Assembly (NCBI GenBank): GCA_965203515.1
Contig: OZ241907.1
Location: forward strand, 2,848,001-2,912,000
Origin: Spirochaetia bacterium
GTDB taxonomy: Bacteria > Spirochaetota > Spirochaetia > SZUA-6 > Bin103
DNA length: 64,000 nucleotides
Reading direction: 5' to 3'
The position numbers and the translations under genes are program-made. This document shows, in pieces, positions 34,953 to 44,935 of the stretch (positions within the stretch are counted from its first letter, which is position 1; each line of letters begins with the position of its first letter). The notes under the pieces were generated by a model. The model ran no database searches, was not told where the DNA came from, and was given only the letters and a program-made list of their open reading frames with translations.

Positions 34953-36584
34953 TGAAGGCGAATCGACGATCCGGGCGATGGCGTCGCGCATCCAGCGGGT
35001 AGCGGCCAGATCGGCAGGCCGCAGATCGAAGCCGGCAAGGTAGCCGTTTGGCCGGTGAGACTTCATGTTCAGGAACCGGTAGAACTCCTCGAAGTCATCG
35101 GCGGCCGTCGCTGTCGCAATCTCCTCGACGGCCCGCGCCTTCAGCTCCCTGGAGAACGTCTTGATGATCTCATAGCTGTTGCGAGTCTTCTCCAGGCTGA
35201 CCAGCAGGCGGTCCCGCACCGTGCGCATGGTCACGGCGAGCGCGCTCAGATAGCGCGCCCGGTCGTAACCGGCCGGAGAGAGCTCCGCTATGTTGTCAGG
35301 ATGATAGAGATAGTTCTCGATACAATAATAGCGCAGCACCAGCAAACGCGGACGGACGCGGCGTATCTCGTCGAGCTCCTCGGTGCCCAGAAAGTCGCGG
35401 TCGATCAGGCCGTGAAACTCGTCCGATCCTTTCGTCTGGATAGAGATCGAATTCTTGTCCTGCGCTAATATGAACAGTGTGTCCTGCAGGCCGATCGCAT
35501 TGTAGAGCAGGGCGTCCTTATTCTCGCACAGGATCAGCCGCTTGTTTGGAAACACCTTGAGCGCCGAGCTGCGCGGTACGGCGATATCGAATACGTGCTC
35601 GGTCTTGGGGGTCGGCCGCAGCACCTGCGGCCGATCGAAGTCCAGATCGTCGAAGTCGATGATCGCGGTGTCGTCGCTGGAGCTTCCGTAGTCGATGAAG
35701 CCGAGCGAGTGGCTGGCCGTCCACAGTTGCGAGTGCTCGGGAATCCAGCGCTCCACGATCTCCTGCAGCAGAGCGTACTGCAGCCGGGTATGCAGGTGCA
35801 CGTCCAGCTCGTCGATGAAGTAGATGGCATTGGCGAAGTGCTCGCGCCGGACGAACAGGTTGAGCAGGATGTTGAAGACCTCCTTCTCGCCGCTGCTGAG
35901 CAGGTCGTAGTGGACCTCGGAATGCCCTTTGCTGAATCGAATGTCCGGCGGCTTGCCCTCCAGCGCCGGAATCATTGCGATCAGGCGCAGGGTGGTGGCG
36001 TCACCATTGCCGAATACCCTGGCCATCGCGTCGTTGATCGGATCGAGGAAGCGCGCCTTCATCTGCTCGGAGTCGAATCGCTCTCCCCACACCTCGCGCA
36101 GGATGCGCGCGGTGACGTGCGAGATGTCGGCCTCGAAGCGCGTGTCCCGTTCTATCGACCGCTGCGGGCGGTCGGCGTCCGCCGGCAGGTCGGCGGCGCC
36201 GCCATCTCGGTGCCGGAGCTCCGGAATCGTTCGGAGCGAACTCCTGCCATAGAACGCCTCCCTGAGATCCACGTCGGGGCGTGCGGGGTCGATCGCTCCG
36301 TTCGTCCGGCGGAAGGAATTTCCGCCACCGAACGAACAGGAGACCGATGCATGATCGCCCCGATCCTTCTTGAAATAGATCAAGTATTCGTCGCTCTGGA
36401 AGTCGACCCGGACGCCCTTGTACGGACCGGCAAGATACTCGAACGCATCGAATACGGATGACTTTCCGCTGCCGTTCGCACCGATCAGCAGCACCAGCTT
36501 TGGCGGAGACGAGCACGCCGACAGATCGATCTCCAGTTCGGTAAACCGCTTGAAGTTCCTGAGCTGGAGTCTGGTGACGTTCAT
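34917..36584 (-). CDS. ABC/AAA_21-type ATPase fused to TOPRIM/DUF4435-like domain
   Basis: GANGSGKS, LSSGEKE, FIDELDVHLH, ASHS; C-terminal LCENKD, GLIDRDF, YCIENYL. Confidence 0.82.
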   Translation of the reverse strand: MNVTRLQLRNFKRFTELEIDLSACSSPPKLVLLIGANGSGKSSVFDAFEYLAGPYKGVRVDFQSDEYLIYFKKDRGDHASVSCSFGGGNSFRRTNGAIDPARPDVDLREAFYGRSSLRTIPELRHRDGGAADLPADADRPQRSIERDTRFEADISHVTARILREVWGERFDSEQMKARFLDPINDAMARVFGNGDATTLRLIAMIPALEGKPPDIRFSKGHSEVHYDLLSSGEKEVFNILLNLFVRREHFANAIYFIDELDVHLHTRLQYALLQEIVERWIPEHSQLWTASHSLGFIDYGSSSDDTAIIDFDDLDFDRPQVLRPTPKTEHVFDIAVPRSSALKVFPNKRLILCENKDALLYNAIGLQDTLFILAQDKNSISIQTKGSDEFHGLIDRDFLGTEELDEIRRVRPRLLVLRYYCIENYLYHPDNIAELSPAGYDRARYLSALAVTMRTVRDRLLVSLEKTRNSYEIIKTFSRELKARAVEEIATATAADDFEEFYRFLNMKSHRPNGYLAGFDLRPADLAATRWMRDAIARIVDSPSSPTARLGTTDQ

Positions 36585-36596
36585 CGACCGCGTTCC

Positions 36597-38027
36597 TTAC
36601 GCCCGCTCGGTGAGCTGGAAGGCGTACAGGTCGGCCTCGCTCAGGTAGAACTTCAGGCGGATCGCGCGGCCGCGCAGCCGGGCCAGGCCGGCGCCATTCC
36701 ACCGCACCGCGTGCGCGAGCGCGTCGCCGGCGAACGCCGCGCACTCCCGCCGGCCGAACCCGTCGATCACCGCGCCGCTCTCGGTGAGCACCTCGACCTG
36801 CAGCCGGCCGTTCGCCGCGCATGCGTTGATCTCCAGGTCGTCCCCCGCGCACGGAAACGCCCGGGTCACCAGCGCCCCCTCGGTCGGCCGCACCGGCCGG
36901 CGCGCGATGAACCGATCTCGTTTGAGCGTAGCCAGACCCACGGCGCTTTCCTGCGCTCCGGTATCGTTGTGCAGGACGTTGTGGCCGGTGTAGTAGAACC
37001 ACAGCTCGTCGCCGACGCGCACCGGCGGCAGCGGGAACACCATGCCGCAGTCGAACTCCCGCGCCTGACCGTGCTCGATGCCGCGCTCGATGAAGGACGG
37101 CCGCGCCGGCAGCCGATCCCATCGCTTCCCGTCCCGGCTGAAGGCGAGTTGCGCGTCGATGGTCATGGACGTGTCCGAGTAGTACATCTGCAGCAGCCCG
37201 AAATAGAGCCCCTCGTACGGGAAGACCGGCATGCCGTAGACCTCGACCGGGTCGAGCTCGTCCGGGGTGACCACGGTCTCCGGGAAGCTCCAGCGGAGCA
37301 GGTCGGGGCTCTCCGCGCGCGCGACCCGCCGCTTCCAGCGCCCCGCGTAGACCGGCGGCCGCAGGTACAGCACGTACCGCCGCAGCCGTTCGTCCCAGAA
37401 CACGGTGTTCATGGTGTCGGACTCGCCCTCGATGACCGGGTTGCCGGCGTGCGGGGTCCAGCGGACGCCGTCCGGCGACCAGGCGATGCAGACGCCGGGA
37501 CGCAGGGCGCCCGCCCTGGCCTGCGCCACGAGCCGTTCCGGCGCCTCGACCCCGAAGATGTCGGTATAGAGCAGCTTGTAGCGCCGCGCCGGATCGGGCT
37601 CGCGGTCCTCCTTCAGCACGGTGCCGCAGGTCGCCCACCACTCGCCGGTCAACACGACGTTGTTGGCGGTCGAACCCTCGAACTCGAACAGCCCGACGTC
37701 GGGCTTCTCCCACACCAGGCCGTCGCGTGAGGTGGCGTAGCCGATCCAGTAGGTGTAGGTGTTGTCCTCCGGGCCGTTCCAGTGGACGAAGTGCGATGAG
37801 TTGTACCAGAGCTTGAACAGTCCCTCGTCGGCGTCGTACAGCACCGAGTTGCCGTGCAGGCCCTTGTTGCGCTGCCCCGGTCGGTCGCTGTGCTCCCACG
37901 GCCGGTCGGCGACCAGCACCGGGTTGGCGTGGTGCTTGGCCGGCCTGGCGACGCGCCGCTCGAGGTTCCAGGTATCTTCGACGACGTAGTCGTCGACCAG
38001 CAGTTGCTTGCGCGTGCCGATATTCAT
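36597..38027 (-). CDS. Putative beta-propeller glycoside hydrolase (GH32/43/130-like)
   Basis: Repeated Asp-box-like SRDGLVW / SPDGVRW / SRDGKRW, NPV motifs, LWFYYTG. Confidence 0.7.
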   Translation of the reverse strand: MNIGTRKQLLVDDYVVEDTWNLERRVARPAKHHANPVLVADRPWEHSDRPGQRNKGLHGNSVLYDADEGLFKLWYNSSHFVHWNGPEDNTYTYWIGYATSRDGLVWEKPDVGLFEFEGSTANNVVLTGEWWATCGTVLKEDREPDPARRYKLLYTDIFGVEAPERLVAQARAGALRPGVCIAWSPDGVRWTPHAGNPVIEGESDTMNTVFWDERLRRYVLYLRPPVYAGRWKRRVARAESPDLLRWSFPETVVTPDELDPVEVYGMPVFPYEGLYFGLLQMYYSDTSMTIDAQLAFSRDGKRWDRLPARPSFIERGIEHGQAREFDCGMVFPLPPVRVGDELWFYYTGHNVLHNDTGAQESAVGLATLKRDRFIARRPVRPTEGALVTRAFPCAGDDLEINACAANGRLQVEVLTESGAVIDGFGRRECAAFAGDALAHAVRWNGAGLARLRGRAIRLKFYLSEADLYAFQLTERA

Positions 38028-38090
38028 GGGCCGGTCCCTCCGGCGGGCATCGCCGCCTGCGCGTGGTCGAGCTGCATGGCGTCCATCATC

Positions 38091-39431
38091 TCACACCGGC
38101 GAGCGGGCCATGGCGCCGGTGACGCGCGCGCCGGGCGGCGGGTCGATCCTGCCGCCGGCGAGCAGCGGGTCGCCGGTGGCCGCCATCCAGCGATCGAGCC
38201 GGCCGCGCAGATCGGCGGCGACCGGCGCCACGTCGGGACGAGCGGCGACGTCGTTCTGTTCCGTGGGGTCGAAGGCGAGGTCGTACAGCAGCTCGCGCTC
38301 GCGCGGCAGGAACTCCCAGCCGCAGGAGAGCAGCTCCGTCTTGCTCGGGCCGTCGTCGGCGTTGCTCAGCACCACCCGCTCATACCGGTCGTAGCGGCGG
38401 ATGTACTTGTAGCGCTCGGTTCGTACGCAGCGCGCCGGCTCGTAGGCCGCGTGATAGTTGATCTCGGCGTGGATCTCCTCGTGCAACGCGCCGACCGCGC
38501 CGCGCGCCAGCGGCTGCAGCGGCATGCCTTGGACGAAGTCCGGGACGTCGATCCCGGCGGCCGCGTACGCCGTCGGCGCCAGGTCGATCAGGCTGACCAT
38601 GGCGTCGATGACCCTGCCTCCCTCGAATCCGCCGGGGCCGCGGGCGACGAGGAAGACGCCGATGCCCTGGTCGGTGAGGTTGCACATGTTGCGCGGGAAC
38701 TGCAGTCCGTGGTCGGAGAAGCAGAGCACCAGCGTGTCGTCGGCCAGTCCGGCATCGTCCAGGGCGCGCAGCACGCGGCCGAACGCATCGTCCATCACGC
38801 GCGCCGCCGCCTTGAAGTCCGCCGTGTCGCGGCGCGTGCGCGGCGTGTCCGGCAGCGGCGCCGGCGGCTGGCAAAAGCGCGGGTCTTCGCCCGGATGGCT
38901 GGCCGGGTCCGCCTGCGGAAACGGCCGATGGGTTTCGTTCAGCCCGACCGACAGGAAGAACGGCCGGTCGTGTCGGCCGCGGATGAACGCGGCCGCCGCC
39001 TCGGCGGCGTCGGCCGCGCCGGTGCCGGCCGGCCCGGGGCCGGCCGGCTCGGTGCCCGGATAATTGGCGTCGTGATCGCAGACGATCCGGTCGTAGCCGA
39101 CCGCGGCGATGTCGGGGGCGGTGTGCTCGACGCCGGACAGCACGGTCCGGTAGCCGGCCCGCTTCATCCGGTGGACGACGTGGCGCGAGTAGTCGGGCAT
39201 GCCGAACCCGCGATGCGCCAGGCCCATCTGACCGCACGAATGGGGATACATGCCGGTGAGAAAGCTCGCCCGGCTCGGCGAACAGGTCGGCGCGGCGGCG
39301 AACGCCTGACGAAACAGCACCCCCTGTTCGGCCAGACGCTGCAGGTGCGGCGCCGGCACCGCGTGCCCGTACGGCTGCACGAAGCGGCCGGTGTTGTGCG
39401 AGTGCAGGAAGACGACGTTGGTCCGGTTCAT
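38091..39431 (-). CDS. Sulfatase (formylglycine-dependent)
   Basis: CSPSRASFLTG signature, FSDHG, ELLYDL..DP.E. Confidence 0.93.
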   Translation of the reverse strand: MNRTNVVFLHSHNTGRFVQPYGHAVPAPHLQRLAEQGVLFRQAFAAAPTCSPSRASFLTGMYPHSCGQMGLAHRGFGMPDYSRHVVHRMKRAGYRTVLSGVEHTAPDIAAVGYDRIVCDHDANYPGTEPAGPGPAGTGAADAAEAAAAFIRGRHDRPFFLSVGLNETHRPFPQADPASHPGEDPRFCQPPAPLPDTPRTRRDTADFKAAARVMDDAFGRVLRALDDAGLADDTLVLCFSDHGLQFPRNMCNLTDQGIGVFLVARGPGGFEGGRVIDAMVSLIDLAPTAYAAAGIDVPDFVQGMPLQPLARGAVGALHEEIHAEINYHAAYEPARCVRTERYKYIRRYDRYERVVLSNADDGPSKTELLSCGWEFLPRERELLYDLAFDPTEQNDVAARPDVAPVAADLRGRLDRWMAATGDPLLAGGRIDPPPGARVTGAMARSPV

Positions 39432-39554
39432 GGTTCCGCGTTCCGGGGCTTGCCCCGCGTTCCGGGCTTACCCGCGTTCGAGCGGACGAATGGTACGATG
39501 GCGGCTGCGTGTGAGACAGCGGCTTCGATCTGACGGCGCCGGCGGCGGTATCGG

Positions 39555-40541
39555 GTGATCCGCGCCGTCCTGCGCCGGCTGCGGCTGATGGCGATCACCC
39601 TGGCCGCCATCTCCGTCCTCTCCTTTCTGATCATCCAGGCGCCGCCGGGCAACTACCTCGACATGCACGTCGCCCAGTTGCGGCAGCGGGGAGACGCCGT
39701 GGACGACGCCCGGATCGAAGCGCTGCAGGCGCGCTACGGACTCGACCGGCCGCTCCACGTCCAGTACGCCAAGTGGATGTGGGGCGTCCTGCAGGGCGAC
39801 CTGGGGCGCTCGATGGCGCACGACGTGGAGGTCAACCGGCTGCTGGCGCAGCGGCTGCCGGCCAGTCTGGCGATCTCCACCACGTCGCTGATCCTGGTCT
39901 ACCTGCTCGGGCTGCCGATCGGCATCTATTCGGCGACCCGCCAATACTCGGTCGGCGACTACCTGTTCACCTTCATCGGCTTCCTGGGGCTGGCGATCCC
40001 GAACTTCCTGTTCGCGCTGATCCTGCTGTGGCTGACGTTCAACGTCACCGGCAACGCGGCGATCGGGCTCTTCTCTACCGAGTACGCCAACGCGCCGTGG
40101 AGCCTGGCCAAGTTCCTGGACCTGCTGGCGCACCTCTGGATGCCGGCCCTGATCGTGGGCACCGCCGGCACCGCCGGGTTGATCCGGGTGGTGCGCGCCA
40201 GCCTGCTCGACGAGCTGCGCAAGCTGTACGTCACCGTGGCCCGCGCCAAGGGCGTGGCCGAGCGGCGGCTGTTGTACCGGTACCCGGTGCGGATCGCCCT
40301 CAACCCCGTGATCAGCACGATCGGCTGGACCCTGCCCGCGCTGGTGTCGGGCGAGCTGCTGGTGTCGCTGGTGATGGGCCTGCCGACGGTGGCGCCCCTG
40401 TTCGTGGGCGCCCTGCTGGCGCAGGACATGTTCCTGGCCGGCAGCGTGGTGATGGTGCTGAGCAGCCTCACCGTGATCGGCACCCTGATCTCCGACATCC
40501 TGCTGATCGCCATCGACCCGCGCATCCGGGAGGCGGTCTGA
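39555..40541 (+). CDS. Peptide/oligosaccharide ABC transporter permease (OppB/DppB-like)
   Basis: YGLDRP, GDLGRS, YVTVARAKG, DPRIR. Confidence 0.92.
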   Translation: MIRAVLRRLRLMAITLAAISVLSFLIIQAPPGNYLDMHVAQLRQRGDAVDDARIEALQARYGLDRPLHVQYAKWMWGVLQGDLGRSMAHDVEVNRLLAQRLPASLAISTTSLILVYLLGLPIGIYSATRQYSVGDYLFTFIGFLGLAIPNFLFALILLWLTFNVTGNAAIGLFSTEYANAPWSLAKFLDLLAHLWMPALIVGTAGTAGLIRVVRASLLDELRKLYVTVARAKGVAERRLLYRYPVRIALNPVISTIGWTLPALVSGELLVSLVMGLPTVAPLFVGALLAQDMFLAGSVVMVLSSLTVIGTLISDILLIAIDPRIREAV

Positions 40542-40543
40542 AA

Positions 40544-41692
40544 GTGGCGGAAGGCGGCAGTGCGGTCGGCGGCAGGGCCGGCGCCACCGTCGGTGCCCGG
40601 GCCGGCCGCGCCGAGCGCGAGCAGGTCTCCTCGCAATGGCGCCTGATCCGCATCCGCTTCTTCCGCCACCGGATGGCGGTCGCCGCGTCGGTCGTGCTGG
40701 CCGTCCTCTACTTCGGCGCGGCGTTCGCGGAGTTCGTGGCGCCGTACGACCCCCGGCGCCGCAGCGCCGAGCAGCAGTACGCCCCGCCGCAGCGCATCCG
40801 CCTGTTCCATGACGGCCGACCGACCGCGCCGTTCGTGTATCCGCTGATCTCGGAGCTCGATCAGGAGACCTTCCGCTACACCTACCGGGTCGACCGCGAC
40901 TCCCCGCAACGCCTGGCCCTGTTCGTGCGCGGCGACCCCTACGAGCTGTGGGGCCTGCTTCCGTCCGACCTGCACCTGTTCGGCGTGCGCGGCGGCCGCG
41001 CGTACCTGTTCGGCACCGACAACCTGGGCCGCGATCTGCTGTCGCGGGTGATCTACGGCGGGCGCATCTCCCTGTCGATCGGCCTGGTCGGCATCGCCAT
41101 CAGCTTCCTGCTCGGCGTCGTCCTGGGCGGGCTGTCCGGGTACTTCGGCGGCGCGGTCGATACGGCCATCCAGCGGATCGTGGAGTTTTTGCGCTCGATC
41201 CCGACCCTGCCGCTCTGGATGGCGCTCAGCGTCGCACTGCCCCGGTTCTGGACGGTCGAGCAGATCTACTTCGGCATCGTCGTCATCCTGTCGCTGGTCG
41301 GCTGGACGGACATAGCCCGCGTGGTGCGCGGCAAGTTCATGGCGGTGCGCGAGGAGGAGTTCATCACCGCCGCGGTGGTGAGCGGCGCCGGCACGCAACG
41401 CATCCTGTTCCGGCACCTGCTGCCGTCGTTCGGCAGCTACCTGATCGCATCGCTCACCCTGTCGATCCCGGGGATGATCCTGGGAGAGACCGCCCTGAGC
41501 TTCATCGGCCTGGGGCTGCAGCCGCCGGCGATCAGCTGGGGCGTGCTGCTGCAGGAGTCGCAGCGCGTCCACGTGCTGGCCGGCGCGCCGTGGCTGCTGA
41601 TCCCCGGCGCGTTCGTGGCGGTCGCCGTGCTGGCGTTCAACTTCGTGGGCGACGGCCTGCGCGACGCGGCCGACCCGTACACCGCTACGTAA
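40544..41692 (+). CDS. ABC transporter permease (OppC/DppC-like)
   Basis: FGTDNLGRDLLSR, ETALSFIGLG, FNFVGDGLRDAADPY. Confidence 0.92.
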   Translation: MAEGGSAVGGRAGATVGARAGRAEREQVSSQWRLIRIRFFRHRMAVAASVVLAVLYFGAAFAEFVAPYDPRRRSAEQQYAPPQRIRLFHDGRPTAPFVYPLISELDQETFRYTYRVDRDSPQRLALFVRGDPYELWGLLPSDLHLFGVRGGRAYLFGTDNLGRDLLSRVIYGGRISLSIGLVGIAISFLLGVVLGGLSGYFGGAVDTAIQRIVEFLRSIPTLPLWMALSVALPRFWTVEQIYFGIVVILSLVGWTDIARVVRGKFMAVREEEFITAAVVSGAGTQRILFRHLLPSFGSYLIASLTLSIPGMILGETALSFIGLGLQPPAISWGVLLQESQRVHVLAGAPWLLIPGAFVAVAVLAFNFVGDGLRDAADPYTAT

Positions 41693-42488
41693 ACGACGGC
41701 ATAAGGGCGGAGCAGCCAAACCACTGCGGATCGAGGCCATCGGCGCGCATCGCGTCGTCGTCGTGCATCTTGTCGAACGGAATCGAGCCGTTCCTCCGCA
41801 ACTCCGTACCGATCGTAGTTGCATAACGCGCTGCGCATGTCTCCCGCTCGCGCCAGCCGCGTTGGAAATAGCGCTCGGAATCGGACCATCGGCGCCGATC
41901 GACGAAGTGTCCTATCTCGTGGAGCACGGTGCGGTAGAGTTGGGTGGTTCGGATGGAGGCGAGGTTCGGCCGGATGTTCCAGTAGCGACGGTCTCGCACG
42001 ACCTGGTGACCGTCGGCCGCCATCCTGCGTACCTCGAGCTGGCTTTCGGGATCGAGCGAAATCGGCCATCGGAGCTTCGCCGCGGGGTTCTGCGCGTCGA
42101 GGTGTATCGCGCTGCCAGCGAAGCCGGAATCTTGCCTGCCGAACACCAGACGGCCCCAAACCGGCCTCAGCAGATCCTGCCTGCGCGTCGGTTGCCGTAA
42201 CACGATCGAGCAAATCCCGTCCCAATCAGCTGCGGGCACGGCGGCGAGCAGGCGGGCTATGTCTGCCACCGTGCAATGATGGAAGAATCCGCTTATCGGT
42301 CGTTCGACGGCGAACCGGACCTCTCGCCCGGCGACCGTCCGGGACAAGCGTACCGGTTTCTTCAGTATCTGGTAGAAGGATCGATCGCCGGGCGAACGCG
42401 GATGAGGAACCACGTGAACGTTGTCGTGTCCATGGCCCTGCTTTGCCGTACCGATATTTCTGTTGCGACGACGAGGATCCCGACTCAC
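41685..42488 (-). CDS. Hypothetical protein with HEXXH motif (possible zinc metallopeptidase fold)
   Basis: RNRNIGTAKQG N-terminus, LYRTVLHEIGHFVD...ERETCA; GTG start overlaps upstream stop. Confidence 0.65.
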   Translation of the reverse strand: MSRDPRRRNRNIGTAKQGHGHDNVHVVPHPRSPGDRSFYQILKKPVRLSRTVAGREVRFAVERPISGFFHHCTVADIARLLAAVPAADWDGICSIVLRQPTRRQDLLRPVWGRLVFGRQDSGFAGSAIHLDAQNPAAKLRWPISLDPESQLEVRRMAADGHQVVRDRRYWNIRPNLASIRTTQLYRTVLHEIGHFVDRRRWSDSERYFQRGWRERETCAARYATTIGTELRRNGSIPFDKMHDDDAMRADGLDPQWFGCSALMPSFT

Positions 42489-43942
42489 GCCTGCGGTTGC
42501 GCCGCGTCCCACTCGCCGATGGCGGCGGCGGCCGTCTCCAGCACCAGCTCCAGGCCGCCCGGTCCGGGGAGGGAGACCCAGTCCTGATAGAGGTTCCGGC
42601 CGTACAGGCGGCGGGGGAGCAGGTAGGCGAGCGTGCCGTTGGTGACCGCCGAGACCAGGATCGGACGGCCGGGGAAGCGGGCGCGCAGCTCGGTCTGCAG
42701 GGCCGAGTACGGCTCGGCCGGCACGCCGAGCACGAAGGCGCCGCCGATCTGCCAGAGGCCGAGTTCGAACGGCGTGGTGCCGCCGTCCGGCAGGGTCGGC
42801 GCGCGCAGCAGGCGCCGCCGCGCCCGCTCCCGCAGAGCGGTCGCGTCACGGATGGCGATCGGGTCGCCGGCGGCTTCGGCGGCGCGCAACGCGTCGGTAG
42901 CCTGATCGTGCCGCGCCTGCAACGCAGCGGTCGACTCGCGCGGCTTGATCGGCAGGTCGACGTGCAGGGTGCGGCTGCGCACCGCCTCGCCGCGGCCGCC
43001 TGAGGCCGTCTCGATGCCGGCGCGCTTCCAGGCTCCCAGCGTCGCGCCGGAGACGATCGGACCGTCGTACTCGAGCTGCGTCCCCGCCGGCAGCAGCGAC
43101 TCCACGGCGGCGGCGGCGGCGAACCCGAGCCGGCGGCCGTTGGCGTCGGCCACCGCGGTGTCGCCGGTGAATCCTTCACGCGGGCCGGTCTCTCCGCACG
43201 CGCCGAGCATGAACAGGCACGGCGCGCCGAAGGCGTCCTCCATCACCGCGCGCATCGCTCCGACGTAGTCCGGCGAGAGCAGCCGGTTGGTCGGCCCCAA
43301 CGTGGTCGGGTGGCAGCCGTAATTGACCACGGTCGCCAGCGCGCTGCCGTCGCCGGCGCAGACGCGGGCCGCCAGCACGGTGTCGTCCGCGCGCCCGTGC
43401 GGGTTGAACCCGGTGACGTACTGCTGCGAACGCTCGTCCCACGCATCCCGGTTCTGCGCCAGATCGCACGTTCCGGCGCCGAACCCGATCCACGCCGGTT
43501 CCAGCCGGTCGACCGCTTCGGCGGCGGCCTCCGCGCAACGGGCGACGAGCCGGGCGAAGTACGGGCCGATCAGGTCCCCGCCCGGATGGTCATGGAGCGA
43601 GGCGCTGAGATTGGCGCCCGCGTGCGTGTGCGAGAAGGCGATGAGCAGCCGGTCCGCGCTCAGGCCGAGCGCGCCGCGCACCCCGCTGAGGAGCCGGGTC
43701 ATCTCGTCCCGCTCCAACCAGCCCAGGTCGACGGCCAGCAGCACCAGCGGGGCGGCGCCGTCCTGCCGAGCGGCAAGGGCCAGGGCGGTGGCGGCAAAGG
43801 GCCGGTGCACGCCCTCGGCGGTCTCATGCAAGGCCGCGCCGAAGCTGCGGCTCTGGATGCCGACCGGCGGTGTCACGTCGCGCCGGGCGACCCCGGCGCG
43901 GCAGCGGGCGTACGGCTGGCGGTACGGATCGAGCGGGCGCAT
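42485..43942 (-). CDS. Neutral/alkaline ceramidase-like amidohydrolase
   Basis: DVTPP, FSHTHAG, NYGCHPT, SPDYVG, GACG. Confidence 0.78.
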   Translation of the reverse strand: MRPLDPYRQPYARCRAGVARRDVTPPVGIQSRSFGAALHETAEGVHRPFAATALALAARQDGAAPLVLLAVDLGWLERDEMTRLLSGVRGALGLSADRLLIAFSHTHAGANLSASLHDHPGGDLIGPYFARLVARCAEAAAEAVDRLEPAWIGFGAGTCDLAQNRDAWDERSQQYVTGFNPHGRADDTVLAARVCAGDGSALATVVNYGCHPTTLGPTNRLLSPDYVGAMRAVMEDAFGAPCLFMLGACGETGPREGFTGDTAVADANGRRLGFAAAAAVESLLPAGTQLEYDGPIVSGATLGAWKRAGIETASGGRGEAVRSRTLHVDLPIKPRESTAALQARHDQATDALRAAEAAGDPIAIRDATALRERARRRLLRAPTLPDGGTTPFELGLWQIGGAFVLGVPAEPYSALQTELRARFPGRPILVSAVTNGTLAYLLPRRLYGRNLYQDWVSLPGPGGLELVLETAAAAIGEWDAAQPQA

Positions 43943-44005
43943 GGCGCTCCGAATCTACCACCGCAGCGCGTGCTTCGCACCCGCCCGAACCGGTACCATG
44001 CCGGC

Positions 44006-44851
44006 ATGCCCTGGGCGGCGGCGGAACCGGACGTGAAAACCGTGCTTGCGGCCCATCCCGACCCGCTCGCCGCGCTGGCCCGGGCGGACGTCCCGGCCGT
44101 CGTCCTGCGCGGCGCCTACCCGGCCGAGCGGTGCGCCGCGCTGATCGACCGGTTCGCGCAGCGCGGACTCATGGACCGCCGCCTGCTCGACCCCGGCAGC
44201 GCGCAGCCGCGGCGGGTCGACATCGGCACCAGCCTGAGCAACCGCGCGGCCGACAAGGAGGCGTTTCTGGCCCATGCGCGGGAGACCCGCACGCTGTTCG
44301 CCACCCTGTTCGCCGGCTACCCGGACCCGGTGCGGCTGGTCTACGACCGGCTGGCCGAGCTGGCCGCCGGCAAGCGGGTCACCACCGCGTACGAACCGGA
44401 CGGGCGCGCCTACGGGCCGGCGATCTTCCGCATCCACTACGCCGGCCACCGCTACCCGCCGCACGTCGACCACGCCGGCGCGCACGAGCGGCGGATGAGC
44501 TACGCGGTGAGCCGCTTTGACCATCAGTTCGCCGGCGTGTTGTGCATGCAGAACAGTCGATCCGGGGCCCGGCAGTCCGGGAGCCGGTGCAGCATCGCGC
44601 AGTCGATCCTGCACCGCTGCCGGTGGACTCCGGAGCTGGAGCCGTGCCTGCAGCAGGACCGGTTCGCGGATTACGCGCGCGCCAACGCGATCGAACGCTA
44701 TCGGGTCGACCTGGAGCCCGGCGATCTCTACTTCTTCAACACCGGTCTGGTCCACGAGGTGCCGGCGCTGGAGGGCTCGGCGCCCCGCGTCGTGCTGGCG
44801 GTCTTCATCGGCTACTCGGAAGACGATCCGGAGGTGTTCGTCTGGTCATGA
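44006..44851 (+). CDS. Putative 2-oxoglutarate/Fe(II) oxygenase-fold protein
   Basis: PPHVD...GDLYFFN..LVHEV...RVVL, an HxD...H triad. Confidence 0.65.
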   Translation: MPWAAAEPDVKTVLAAHPDPLAALARADVPAVVLRGAYPAERCAALIDRFAQRGLMDRRLLDPGSAQPRRVDIGTSLSNRAADKEAFLAHARETRTLFATLFAGYPDPVRLVYDRLAELAAGKRVTTAYEPDGRAYGPAIFRIHYAGHRYPPHVDHAGAHERRMSYAVSRFDHQFAGVLCMQNSRSGARQSGSRCSIAQSILHRCRWTPELEPCLQQDRFADYARANAIERYRVDLEPGDLYFFNTGLVHEVPALEGSAPRVVLAVFIGYSEDDPEVFVWS

Positions 44852-44935
44852 CGTGAGGCCGGCGGCGTCCGCGTTTGGCGGTCCGGCGCCGATGGCGTAG
44901 AGTTGGACCCGTTCGACTCAAAAGGAGGACGTACC

